From: an uncultured Collinsella sp. | GTDB lineage: Bacteria > Actinomycetota > Coriobacteriia > Coriobacteriales > Coriobacteriaceae | Direction of reading: 5' to 3' | DNA: 64,000 nt | Assembly: GCA_902482035.1 (NCBI GenBank) | Contig: CABSYW010000010.1 | Coordinates: 381 to 64,380, forward strand | Part shown: piece after piece, positions 50,815 through 59,955 of the stretch | How positions within the stretch are numbered: position 1 is the stretch's first letter | How the letters are laid out: each line of letters opens with the position of its first letter | Program-made: the position numbers and the translations under genes | Notes under the pieces: model-generated | What the model was told of the DNA's origin: nothing | The model's input: the letters and a program-made list of their open reading frames with translations, nothing else | Database searches by the model: none

Positions 50815-51882
50815 TTGGATAAGAACGAGCTGCAAAAGCGTATGGAACAGGCCATTCGCCTGACGGCACCTGGCCAGCCGATCCGCACCGCCCTCGACAT
50901 GATCATTGCCGGTCACCTGGGTGCCCTTATCTGCGTCGGCGACACCGAAAACGTGCTCGCTGCCGGTAACGACGGCTTCCCGCTCAACATTTCGTTTACC
51001 TCGAACCGCCTGTTCGAGCTTTCCAAGATGGACGGTGCCATCGTTATCGATGGCGACCTCACCCAGATCCTGCGCGCCAACTTCCACCTCAATCCCGATC
51101 CCTCGCTTGCCACGAGTGAGACGGGCATGCGTCACCGTACTGCCGCTCGCATGTCGGTGCTCACCGACGCCATCGTGATCTCGGTTTCGGCTCGTCGCGC
51201 CGTCGTTAACGTGTACGTTCACGGCAAGAGCTACGAGATCCAGCCCGTCACCACCATCATGAGCTCGGTCAACCAGCTCGTCGCCACGCTCCAGACTACC
51301 CGTCAGTCGCTCGACCGCTCCCTGCTGCGCCTGACGGCCCTCGAGCTCGACGACTACGTCACGCTCGCCGACATTACCGGTATTTTCTCGAGCTTCGAGA
51401 TCATGCAGCAGGCAAAGACCGAGCTTAAGGATTGCATTGTCAAGCTGGGCAACCAGGGCAAGCTCGTGCAGATGCAGCTCGAGCAGCTCGCGGGCTCCAG
51501 CATGGATACCGAATACGACTTGATGATCCGCGACTACGCAAGCGATTCCTCCGAGGCAAACGCCGAGAAGATCCGCGCCGAGCTGAGCCGCATGACGCCT
51601 AAGGACCTGTCCGACCCGCAGCACGTGGCGGCAGTTCTGGGTTACGACGACCTGGACGAGGACTCCGTCATGACGCCGCTGGGCCTGCGCACGCTTTCGC
51701 GCGTGTCCGTCGTGCGCGACGGCGTGGCCGAGAAGATCGTCGACGAGTACGGCTCGCTGCAGGAGCTCATGGACGACATCAGCGAGGATCCGGAGCGCTT
51801 GGGCGACTTTGGCGTCAACAACCCTGCCATTCTTGCGGACTCGCTGTACCGCATGAAGGGCACCAAACAGGGGAACGCATAA
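50815..51882 (+). CDS. disA: DNA integrity scanning diadenylate cyclase
   Basis: APG, LFELSKMDGA, ETGMRHRTA; TTG start. Confidence 0.92.
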   Translation: MDKNELQKRMEQAIRLTAPGQPIRTALDMIIAGHLGALICVGDTENVLAAGNDGFPLNISFTSNRLFELSKMDGAIVIDGDLTQILRANFHLNPDPSLATSETGMRHRTAARMSVLTDAIVISVSARRAVVNVYVHGKSYEIQPVTTIMSSVNQLVATLQTTRQSLDRSLLRLTALELDDYVTLADITGIFSSFEIMQQAKTELKDCIVKLGNQGKLVQMQLEQLAGSSMDTEYDLMIRDYASDSSEANAEKIRAELSRMTPKDLSDPQHVAAVLGYDDLDEDSVMTPLGLRTLSRVSVVRDGVAEKIVDEYGSLQELMDDISEDPERLGDFGVNNPAILADSLYRMKGTKQGNA

Positions 51883-52610
51883 TGGCGCCCGTATGTGCCG
51901 TGGTCGTTGCCGGCGGCAGCGGCCAGCGCTTTGGAAATCCCGGCGGCAAGCAGCTCGTTAATGTGGCGGGCCGTCCGCTCATGAGCTGGTCCATCCGCGC
52001 GTTCGATCGTAGCGATAAGGTCGGCCATATCGTCGTGGTTTGCCCTGCTGAGCGCCGTGCCGAGATGCGCCGCCTGGCCATCGACCCGTTTGACTATGAC
52101 ACGCCCATCAGCTTTGCCGATGCCGGCGATACCCGTCAGGATTCCACCCGTGCCGGCGTGCATGCGGTTCCGGCGGGTTTCGAATATGTCGCCATCCACG
52201 ACGGCGCTCGTCCGCTCATTACGACCGAGGCCATCGACCACGCTATCGACGTGCTCGTGAGCGACCGTGCCCTCGACGGTGTCGTGTGCGGTCAGCCCGC
52301 GATCGACACGCTCAAGATCGTTGACGGCGATAATATCGTCGAGACGCCGCCGCGTGAGCTCTACTGGGCAGCGCAGACGCCGCAGATCTTTAGCGTCGAT
52401 GCTATGAAGCGCGCCCACGCTGCAGCCATTGCCGAGGGCTTTATCGGTACCGATGATTCGTCGCTGGTCGAGCGCATGGGTGGGCGCGTCCGCTGCGTCC
52501 AGAGCCCACGCGATAACCTTAAGGTGACGGTGCCCGAGGACCTGCGTCCCGTAACCGCGATTCTGCTTGGCCGCATGGCCGAGGGAGAGGACCTTCCCCA
52601 TGTTCAGTAA
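51882..52610 (+). CDS. ispD: 2-C-methyl-D-erythritol 4-phosphate cytidylyltransferase
   Basis: AGGSGQRFG, IHDGARP, QTPQ, TDD, NLKVT. Confidence 0.95.
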   Translation: MAPVCAVVVAGGSGQRFGNPGGKQLVNVAGRPLMSWSIRAFDRSDKVGHIVVVCPAERRAEMRRLAIDPFDYDTPISFADAGDTRQDSTRAGVHAVPAGFEYVAIHDGARPLITTEAIDHAIDVLVSDRALDGVVCGQPAIDTLKIVDGDNIVETPPRELYWAAQTPQIFSVDAMKRAHAAAIAEGFIGTDDSSLVERMGGRVRCVQSPRDNLKVTVPEDLRPVTAILLGRMAEGEDLPHVQ

Positions 52611-53094
52611 CCTGCGCATTGGCCATGGCTACGACGTTCACCGTCTGGTGGAGGGGCGTCGATGTATCATCGGCGGTGTCGACATTCCCTACGAGCGCGG
52701 CCTGCTGGGCCACTCGGATGCTGATGTGCTCGCGCACGCCTTGGCCGACGCCATTCTGGGCGCCTGCCGCGGGGGAGACATCGGCAAGCTATTCCCCGAT
52801 ACCGACCCTGCCTACGAGGGCGCCGACTCGATGGTGCTGCTTGCCCGCGTAATGGACTATGCGCGTGAGCTGGGCTTTGAGTTTGTCGATGCCGACTGCA
52901 CCATTGCCTGCCAGCAGCCTAAGATCACCCCGCATCGCGATGCCATGCGCGCCAACCTTGCCCATGCCCTGGGCGTTGACGTCGAAAACGTGGGCGTCGC
53001 CGCCACTACGACCGAAAAGCTCGGTTGGGAAGGCCAGGGCGAGGGAATCGGCGCCTGGGCCGTCTGCCTGCTACAGAAAACCGTTAAGGAGTAA
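52600..53094 (+). CDS. ispF: MEcPP synthase
   Basis: IGHGYDVH, GHSDADV, DIGKLFPD, TTTEKLG. Confidence 0.96.
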   Translation: MFSNLRIGHGYDVHRLVEGRRCIIGGVDIPYERGLLGHSDADVLAHALADAILGACRGGDIGKLFPDTDPAYEGADSMVLLARVMDYARELGFEFVDADCTIACQQPKITPHRDAMRANLAHALGVDVENVGVAATTTEKLGWEGQGEGIGAWAVCLLQKTVKE

Positions 53095-53097
53095 CGA

Positions 53098-54564
53098 ATG
53101 CGTATCTACAACAGCGCTACCCATAAAAAGGAAGAGTTCCAGCCCATCGAGTCCGGCAAGGTCCGCATGTACGTGTGCGGCCCCACGGTCTACGACAACA
53201 TCCACATCGGCAATGCCCGCACGTTCATCAGCTTTGACGTGATTCGTCGCTGGCTCATCGCGAGCGGCTACGAGGTCACGTTCGCACAGAACCTCACCGA
53301 TGTCGACGACAAGATCATCAAGCGCGCCAACGAGCAGGGCCGTACGGCCGCCGAGGTCGCGACGGAGTTCTCCGACAAGTTCATCGGCGTCATGCGCGCC
53401 GCCAACGTGCTCGATCCCGATGTGCGCCCCCGCGCCACCAAGGAAATCGGCCCCATGATCGCCATGATCAAGACGCTCATCGAGCAGGGCCATGCTTACG
53501 CCGCCGATAACGGCGACGTGTACTTTGCTGTGCGCAGCGATCCCAACTATGGCCAGGTCTCGGGCCGCAACATCGATGACCTTATGGTTGGTGCGCGTAT
53601 CGAGGAGAACGAGGACAAGAACGACCCGCTCGACTTTGCCCTGTGGAAGGCCGCCAAGCCCGGCGAGCCCAGCTGGCCGAGTCCCTGGGGCGAGGGCCGT
53701 CCCGGTTGGCACACCGAGTGCGCTGCCATGGTGCATCGCTACCTGGGCACCCCGATCGACATCCACGGCGGCGGCTCCGACCTTGCCTTCCCGCATCACG
53801 AGAACGAGTGCGCCCAGGCCACCTGCGCCTGGCACCAGGGCTTCTCCAACACCTGGATGCACACGGGCATGCTGCTGGTTGACGGCGAGAAGATGTCCAA
53901 GTCGCTCGGAAACTTCTTTACGCTGGCCGAGGTGCTCGAGCAGCACTCTGCCGCGGCCCTGCGCCTGTTGATGCTGCAGACGAGCTATCGCTCGCCGCTC
54001 GACTTCTCCTGGGAGCGCCTGGAGGGTGCCGAGAATTCGCTCACGCGTATTGCCGGTACGGTCGAGAACCTTCGTTGGGCTGCGAACCATGCGACGGCCG
54101 ATGCCGATGCGGCTGCCGCCGAGGCGTTTGCCGCCAAGGCCGCCGAGACCCGCGCCGCCTTTAAGGAGTGCATGGACGACGACTTTAACACCGCCGGTGC
54201 CATGGGTGCTGTCTTTGGCTTTGTCACCGAGTGCAATCAGTATCTGGAGCAGGCGGGCGATGCTGCCGACAAGGCCGCAGTCCTGGCTGCCGCCGATACG
54301 CTGGCCGAGCTGCTCGATACGTTTGGCGTTGAGCTTCCCGAGCCCAAGGTTGAGTTGCCGCTGGGCCTGCTGGGCGTTGCCGCCGGTTTGGTTGCCTACA
54401 CGGGCGACGACGTGGACGAGGCCGCTGCCAAGATTCTCGAGGCTCGTGCCGAGGCTCGTGCCGCCAAGAACTGGGATCTGGCAGATGCCATCCGCGACCA
54501 GCTCAAGGACCTGGGCCTCACCATTGAGGATACTGCCGCGGGCACCCGTATTAAATCTCTCTAA
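53098..54564 (+). CDS. cysS: Cysteine-tRNA ligase
   Basis: YVCGPTVY, HIGNAR, GRPGWHTEC, KMSKS. Confidence 0.98.
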   Translation: MRIYNSATHKKEEFQPIESGKVRMYVCGPTVYDNIHIGNARTFISFDVIRRWLIASGYEVTFAQNLTDVDDKIIKRANEQGRTAAEVATEFSDKFIGVMRAANVLDPDVRPRATKEIGPMIAMIKTLIEQGHAYAADNGDVYFAVRSDPNYGQVSGRNIDDLMVGARIEENEDKNDPLDFALWKAAKPGEPSWPSPWGEGRPGWHTECAAMVHRYLGTPIDIHGGGSDLAFPHHENECAQATCAWHQGFSNTWMHTGMLLVDGEKMSKSLGNFFTLAEVLEQHSAAALRLLMLQTSYRSPLDFSWERLEGAENSLTRIAGTVENLRWAANHATADADAAAAEAFAAKAAETRAAFKECMDDDFNTAGAMGAVFGFVTECNQYLEQAGDAADKAAVLAAADTLAELLDTFGVELPEPKVELPLGLLGVAAGLVAYTGDDVDEAAAKILEARAEARAAKNWDLADAIRDQLKDLGLTIEDTAAGTRIKSL

Positions 54565-54570
54565 TCCCCG

Positions 54571-54672
54571 CGGGTTTCCCAAGCGCCCGACCTTGCCGTT
54601 CAAACCGTCGCTCGCGTACTCAAGTACGCGTCGCTCCTCTTTCACGGCAATCTCGGGCACTTGGAAAACCCG
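54571..54672. repeat. Nested imperfect hairpin (~100 nt)
   Basis: CGGGTTTCCCAAGCGCCCGA/TCGGGCACTTGGAAAACCCG arms; central CGCGTACT-CA-AGTACGCG. Confidence 0.7.
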
Positions 54673-54750
54673 TACCGACCGCCCGAATTAATATTCATGG
54701 GCGGTCGTTTATTTTGTTTCGTTTGATAGTTGTATTTAGGAGGTCACTTT

Positions 54751-55665
54751 ATGGCCGACAATCGCAAGCGTGCGCCTCGTGGCGGCAAGCAGGCTGCTTC
54801 TGGCTCGCGTCCGATTCGCCGCAATGACCGCGCTGCCGCTCCCAAGGGCCAGCGCGATCGCGCCCAGGCCGCACGTCCGCAGCGCGATCGCAACCGCGAC
54901 GCTGTCCAGGCTCCCAAGGGCGAGTTTATCGAAGGTCGTCGTGCTGCCGCCGAGGCGCTACGCACTGGTTTTCCCATCAAGTGCGCGCTCATTGTCGAGG
55001 GTGGAGAGCGCGATGCCGCCTTGTCGCGCCTGGTCGACGACCTCAACGCCGCGGGCGTCCGCATTAAGTATGTGCCGCGTGCGCAGCTCGACGCACTGTC
55101 GAGCCATGGCGCTCATCAGGGCATCGCACTCGAGGTTGGCAACTTCCCCTATGCTGATGTCGCCGATATTCTCGACCGCGCAGGCGACGGTCCGGCGCTT
55201 GTCGTCGTGCTCGACCATGTGACCGACGACGGCAACTTTGGCGCCATTGTGCGCTCCGCCGAGGTCGTGGGCGCGGCCGGCGTCGTCATCGCCAACAAGC
55301 GTGCCGCCGGCGTGACCGTGGGCAGCTACAAGACCTCGGCCGGTGCTGTCATGCATCTGCCTATCGCGCAGGTTCCCAATATTGCCCGTGCACTCGATGA
55401 CCTCAAGGCCGCTGGTTTTTGGGTGGGCGGCGCCTCCGAGCACGCCGAGGGCAGCTGCTGGGATGCTCCCTTCGAGGGCCGCGTGGCGCTCGTCATGGGC
55501 TCCGAGGGCGACGGCATCTCGCGCCTGGTGCTCGAGAAATGCGACTTTTTGACCAAGCTTCCCCAGCGCGGCATGACCGAGAGCCTCAATGTTGCCCAGG
55601 CGACCACGGCGCTGTGCTTTGAGTGGCTGCGCCGCAACGTCGGCGAGCTCATGGGGGAGGAGTAG
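54751..55665 (+). CDS. rlmB: 23S rRNA (Gm2251) methyltransferase
   Basis: HQG, GNFGAIVRSA, VMGSEGDG, ESLNVA. Confidence 0.92.
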   Translation: MADNRKRAPRGGKQAASGSRPIRRNDRAAAPKGQRDRAQAARPQRDRNRDAVQAPKGEFIEGRRAAAEALRTGFPIKCALIVEGGERDAALSRLVDDLNAAGVRIKYVPRAQLDALSSHGAHQGIALEVGNFPYADVADILDRAGDGPALVVVLDHVTDDGNFGAIVRSAEVVGAAGVVIANKRAAGVTVGSYKTSAGAVMHLPIAQVPNIARALDDLKAAGFWVGGASEHAEGSCWDAPFEGRVALVMGSEGDGISRLVLEKCDFLTKLPQRGMTESLNVAQATTALCFEWLRRNVGELMGEE

Positions 55666-55668
55666 CGC

Positions 55669-56346
55669 ATGTCCAAAAAGAACCGTGCCAAGTCCAAGGC
55701 CAAGCGCTTTGGCGAGGGCTCGGCCAAGCCGATTGTTTCGGCCGCGACCTACGGCGTGGGCGGCAATGCGTTTGCGCAGGCCATCGCCGACCCGGTCTCG
55801 ACGGTGCACTCCAATAAGCCCGAGCTGCTGGTGGTCGACGGCTACAACGTGATCCACTGCACGCCGCGCTACGAAAAGCTCGTGTACGACCATTCAGACG
55901 ATCCGTATTCCAGCGACGTTCACGATATGGCACGCACCGCCCTCATCAACGACGTCGCCGCCTTTGCCCAGGGCCGCTACGAGGCCGTGATCGTGTTCGA
56001 CGGCGCGGGCAATATCTCCAACGAGCGCCCCAACCTGCCGGCCCGCGGCGTGCGCATCGAGTTTTCGCCGACGGGCGTTTCTGCCGATACCGTGGTGCAA
56101 AAGCTCTGCATCGAGGCGCGCGAGGAAGGCCGCGCGTGCTCCGTGGTATCGAGCGACGGCACGATCCAGGCCGTCGTCATGGGCAAGGGCGTCACGCGCA
56201 TCTCGAGCCGTATGCTGGTGGACGAGATCAAACAGATCGACAACGACGTGCACGAGGCCGAGGAGGCCCCGCAGATCAAGATGACCCTGGGCAGCCGTCT
56301 AAGCCCCGAGGCCCTGGCCAAGCTCAAAGCTCTGCGCGGGAGGTAG
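55669..56346 (+). CDS. NYN domain ribonuclease (YacP/Rae1-like)
   Basis: LVVDGYNVI, IVFDG, SAD, VVSSD; follows rlmB. Confidence 0.85.
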   Translation: MSKKNRAKSKAKRFGEGSAKPIVSAATYGVGGNAFAQAIADPVSTVHSNKPELLVVDGYNVIHCTPRYEKLVYDHSDDPYSSDVHDMARTALINDVAAFAQGRYEAVIVFDGAGNISNERPNLPARGVRIEFSPTGVSADTVVQKLCIEAREEGRACSVVSSDGTIQAVVMGKGVTRISSRMLVDEIKQIDNDVHEAEEAPQIKMTLGSRLSPEALAKLKALRGR

Positions 56347-56373
56347 GGGAGTTGGCGGGGCGATGCTGTCTCG

Positions 56374-57714
56374 CTAACTCCATTCAGCGATGTCGATCAT
56401 TCTTTCGAGGCGCCATGTTAGCGCCTCTTTTAGATAAGGCAGTCTCGCTGTAAGAGCGTCGTTTTTGGATAGGATTTCGATTGCCTCGTCAACGAAACCC
56501 TCGAGTTTGTCGCCGTCAAACCAGCCCATGTCCTCGACGAGCAACATTTGTTTGGCGGGGCTTGAATGAAATTGTGCGCTGGTAAAACTGTGCTCTTCCG
56601 CCCTAAGCTCCTCTAGTGATATGTTGCACCAGAGTGATGAGCCCGAATCGAAGATAGGGGCAGGTCTGCAGGCTAGCGTGTTTACGTTTCGCACAAGGCC
56701 AAAGTTGCGCCAATGGCGATCATAGTTGGCAATGATGTCATCGCATACGATCATGCGGTCAAGGGCGTCTTTTATATCCGTCGCTCCAAGCTCCTCGCAG
56801 TTTGCTACATACCGTTCGTAATCGGTTAGTCGCTCGTCTGCATTTGCATGCTGGTTTACATAGAACGCAGGGACATACTCTTCTTCATCAGTTAAGAAGA
56901 CATCGCATATGCTCAGGGCGGAAGTGCCCGTGCCCTCGAGCGAGTAAGGCACATAATCGCAGGCGTTTAGGATGCGACGGTGAAGTGCAGTCGCCACCAG
57001 CTCGTTATAAGGTTCCTGGTTTAGATGTGCACCTGCCTTGTGGAGGATTCGACGGTCATCCTCGCATGTCCAGTACTTTTGAAGATTGCCGTCCGAGGTG
57101 TTATCGGGCTTTGCGGCAGCTGCCTTGCCCTCTGGGGCGAAGGGCGCGATGCTGAGAGAGACGTCGTCAAAAGCATTATTGAAGAAATTGATATCTTCCC
57201 ACGCGAGACCGGAGTCTTGGGGCCTAATCCAATACTGGTCGGATAGGGAGAGGCCAAGATTTCGCTGTACGAGTTCATCGGGAACATCGACTGCGGCTTC
57301 TGCAAGCAGGGAGGCTAGCCCAATGCGTGCGAGCGGGATACCGCGGCCGCGCCACCAGATGCGGAGGGAGTCGAGCGATACAGGTTTGCTGGGAGCAAAA
57401 ACTCCAATAGGGGCGTGGGCACGATCGACGTCGGCGCCGATGTGGGTAAAGTCTTTTCGCGATGTGCTGTAGACCAGTTGGGCCACTTCGTGCGTGCGGT
57501 TCATGAGGGTGAACGCGATCTCGCTCTTACCGTGGCCGCGGCGGGGACGTCCCCCCGTTTTGGTCACGGAGCGGAGTCGCGTGTCTACGCTGTCTTTGTC
57601 GATGAGCCATACACCAGAAGCCTTGCGGGCGGTCAGCGCGCCGTTCTTAATGAGCTCCTGCACCCTGCGCGGGGTGATGCCGAGCAGCTCGGCTGCTTCC
57701 TTTGTAGTCAACAT
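56374..57714 (-). CDS. Excisionase-type HTH fused to HipA/CtkA-like kinase
   Basis: MLTTKEAAELLGITPRRVQELIKNG; GLSLSDQYW; PDNTSDGNLQKYW; EPYNE; DRHWRNFG; APIFDSGSSL. Confidence 0.82.
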   Translation of the reverse strand: MLTTKEAAELLGITPRRVQELIKNGALTARKASGVWLIDKDSVDTRLRSVTKTGGRPRRGHGKSEIAFTLMNRTHEVAQLVYSTSRKDFTHIGADVDRAHAPIGVFAPSKPVSLDSLRIWWRGRGIPLARIGLASLLAEAAVDVPDELVQRNLGLSLSDQYWIRPQDSGLAWEDINFFNNAFDDVSLSIAPFAPEGKAAAAKPDNTSDGNLQKYWTCEDDRRILHKAGAHLNQEPYNELVATALHRRILNACDYVPYSLEGTGTSALSICDVFLTDEEEYVPAFYVNQHANADERLTDYERYVANCEELGATDIKDALDRMIVCDDIIANYDRHWRNFGLVRNVNTLACRPAPIFDSGSSLWCNISLEELRAEEHSFTSAQFHSSPAKQMLLVEDMGWFDGDKLEGFVDEAIEILSKNDALTARLPYLKEALTWRLERMIDIAEWS

Positions 57715-57718
57715 CGCG

Positions 57719-57790
57719 AAACCCTTCGCCAGAACGAATAGTTTTATATAGCCAATTGTAATTAAAACTATTCGTTCTGGCGAAGGGTTT
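57719..57790. promoter_or_regulatory. Perfect 28-bp inverted repeat over the promoter/RBS of the HTH-kinase
   Basis: AAACCCTTCGCCAGAACGAATAGTTTTA-16 nt-TAAAACTATTCGTTCTGGCGAAGGGTTT. Confidence 0.8.
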
Positions 57791-57937
57791 TAAGATTGAG
57801 GGCGAACCAACAGAAATGAACGGACCTGGTACCTGTTGTTGCTGGATTTTGCATATTTGTATAACGCCGTGCGGCCTGTTGCGCCCCGTCCGCAATTCCA
57901 TTATTCTTAACAAGCTTCGCGCGAAAGCGCCAAGTGT

Positions 57938-58012
57938 GCCAGTGTGGCGCAACGGTAGCGCAACTGATTTGTAATCAGTGGGTTGCAGGTTCGATTCCTG
58001 TCACTGGCTCCA
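57938..58012 (+). tRNA. tRNA-Thr(TGT)
   Basis: GCCAGTGTGGCGCAACGGTAGCGCAACTGATTTGTAATCAG...CACTGGCTCCA. Confidence 0.96.
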
Positions 58013-58021
58013 TGAGAGTTT

Positions 58022-58060
58022 CGGGCTCTGTCTCTATATGGGACAGAGCCCGTTTCTATT
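58022..58060 (+). terminator. Intrinsic terminator after tRNA-Thr
   Basis: CGGGCTCTGTCTC-TATAT-GGGACAGAGCCCG followed by TTTCTATTT. Confidence 0.7.
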
Positions 58061-58127
58061 TAGGTGGTGCGCCATCGGGTTAGCGCCCATCCCGTTTTTG
58101 GTTTGTCTCGTCCTCCAGTTTGTCTAA

Positions 58128-58252
58128 ATCTGTAACACCAAGACCGATATTTGGCATCTAACTGTTACAGATTGAGATGAAACTTAGGGTGTTTTAGGAA
58201 TATCTTGATCTGTAACATGTAGAAGCGGAATAGGCCTCTTGCTGTTACAGAT
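58128..58252. repeat. Two units of ATCTGTAACA-N25-TGTTACAGAT at 80-bp period
   Basis: Arms at 58128/58163 and 58208/58243; both spacers are exactly 25 nt but differ in sequence. Confidence 0.8.
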
Positions 58253-58323
58253 CGAGACAAGGGCGGGTGCGGACCTGGATGTTCTGCTCGAGCGTGGATT
58301 TCTGGACACGCGAGAGAAGAAAA

Positions 58324-58353
58324 TCTTCCGACCGGAGAACGAGCGTGGATAAT
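58324..58353 (+). repeat. Left copy of the 30-bp direct repeat flanking the PTS cassette
   Basis: TCTTCCGACCGGAGAACGAGCGTGGATAAT vs TCTCCCGTCTGGAGAATGAGCGTGGATAAT at 62375 (26/30). Confidence 0.7.
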
Positions 58354-58545
58354 TAACTTGGATAGGGAGCTAAGGTAAACACCGATTGTCTATCGAAGGC
58401 TTTAGAAACAACGACCCCGATTTCATTGTGGAATCGGGGTCGTTTGTGCCTGAGGAATCCGAATGGATTAATCGAGCTCCTAAGGGACTTCTTGGGTTCT
58501 TGCTAATGGTCTGCCGAGGATGTCCCCAATGCAAGCAGCGGGCAT

Positions 58546-59946
58546 CTACTCAATATAGTTGGGATTCTTCTTGATGATCACGCGTGCAGCGATGAACGAG
58601 ACAACGATGGCGATGACGGCGACAACGCATGCCAGCACGAAGTTGCCCATGGATCCATCGGGAGCGATAAAGATCAGCGCAGAAAGAAGACCGGGGCATG
58701 CTCCCGCAACATACTCCTTCAGGACGAAGATGCCTGCAGGGAGTCCCGCGCAGAGGGCGCCGATTGCTGTGCCGACAAGCAGGCGGGGACGCTCGATGAG
58801 GCAGCCGTAAAATGCGGGCTCAGTTACGCCACAGAGTGCGGTGACGGCAACCGTGGTGACCATACCTCTCTTCTCCTTGTTGCCTTTCATTGCAGTTGCC
58901 AAGGCGAGACTCGTGCCGCCAATGCAGAGGTTTGAGATGAAGCCAAAGATGATGGGCGCCCAGCCGAGCTGCGCCAAGCTCGTAACTTCGATCGCGATGT
59001 AGGCCTTATCAAGACCGAGCATGACAAAATAGGGGTTAAGGGCTGCAAGGATTGGAGTAGCGATAAATGCCACGTTATCCATGAGCCACGTGGCGGCATC
59101 ACTCAGCGCGTAGCCCATCATGCTGCCGGCGGGGCCGAGGATAATCAGCTCAACAGGCACGACGATGAACATGGTGAGCAGCGGCTTCAAGAACAGTTTG
59201 GTAATGTCGGGGATGATTTTCTGAAGACCGCGGTCAACAAAGTACATGAACACAACGCCCAGTACGATTGGCACCACCGTGCTCGAGTAGTCATTCGTCG
59301 GGATGGGGATGCCAAGAAAGTCGAGACCCTCAGCACCGCTAATAGACGAGCTAATCATGATTGCGCCCAGCAGTGCGCCCATGATAGGCTGCATCTTCAT
59401 GACGGCGGCGAGCTGATAGCCGAGGTAAACGGGCAGGAAGCTAAATGAGGCGCTGAAGATCGCCAGCAGAACCTGGGCGGTTCCGCTATCGGTGCTCAAT
59501 CCACAATAATTGACCAGGAGATTCTTGATCGAAAGAATGAGTCCGCCAACGATGAGCGCCGGGACGATGGGCATGAATACCTGTGCAGAGACGTTCCCGA
59601 ATTTCTCAATCAAGCCCATGGCGGTGTTACCGCTTTTAATGCCTTCTGCAAGGTCTTTGGCGGTTTGGGCATCGTCGGCAACCGTGCCACCGCCGACTTC
59701 GATTCCCGCGAAGTCGAGGAAGTCGTTGTAGGCCTCGGTGACGTTGGGGCCGATGATCACCTGAAGCTGGCCACCGCTGACTACTGCCCCGAGCGCCTGG
59801 TCAGCCGATTTGGCGAGCTGGAGATCGATGATCGAGGTGTCTCGTGCGTCGATGCGAAGGCGCGTCGCACAATGAGTTACCGATGTAATGTTCTCTTTGC
59901 CGCCAACAGCCTTTAGGACTGTTTCGGACATTGCCTGATATTTCAT
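58546..59946 (-). CDS. PTS EIIBC, beta-glucoside/sucrose family (no EIIA domain)
   Basis: VGGKENI, THCATRLR, QVIIGP, CGVTEPAFYG. Confidence 0.9.
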   Translation of the reverse strand: MKYQAMSETVLKAVGGKENITSVTHCATRLRIDARDTSIIDLQLAKSADQALGAVVSGGQLQVIIGPNVTEAYNDFLDFAGIEVGGGTVADDAQTAKDLAEGIKSGNTAMGLIEKFGNVSAQVFMPIVPALIVGGLILSIKNLLVNYCGLSTDSGTAQVLLAIFSASFSFLPVYLGYQLAAVMKMQPIMGALLGAIMISSSISGAEGLDFLGIPIPTNDYSSTVVPIVLGVVFMYFVDRGLQKIIPDITKLFLKPLLTMFIVVPVELIILGPAGSMMGYALSDAATWLMDNVAFIATPILAALNPYFVMLGLDKAYIAIEVTSLAQLGWAPIIFGFISNLCIGGTSLALATAMKGNKEKRGMVTTVAVTALCGVTEPAFYGCLIERPRLLVGTAIGALCAGLPAGIFVLKEYVAGACPGLLSALIFIAPDGSMGNFVLACVVAVIAIVVSFIAARVIIKKNPNYIE

Positions 59947-59955
59947 CTCTTTCTC

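Noticed and set aside
58128..58252. Possible mini-CRISPR
   Set aside because: Repeats are only 10 bp, alternate in orientation and form just two units, and there are no cas genes; reported as a palindromic array instead
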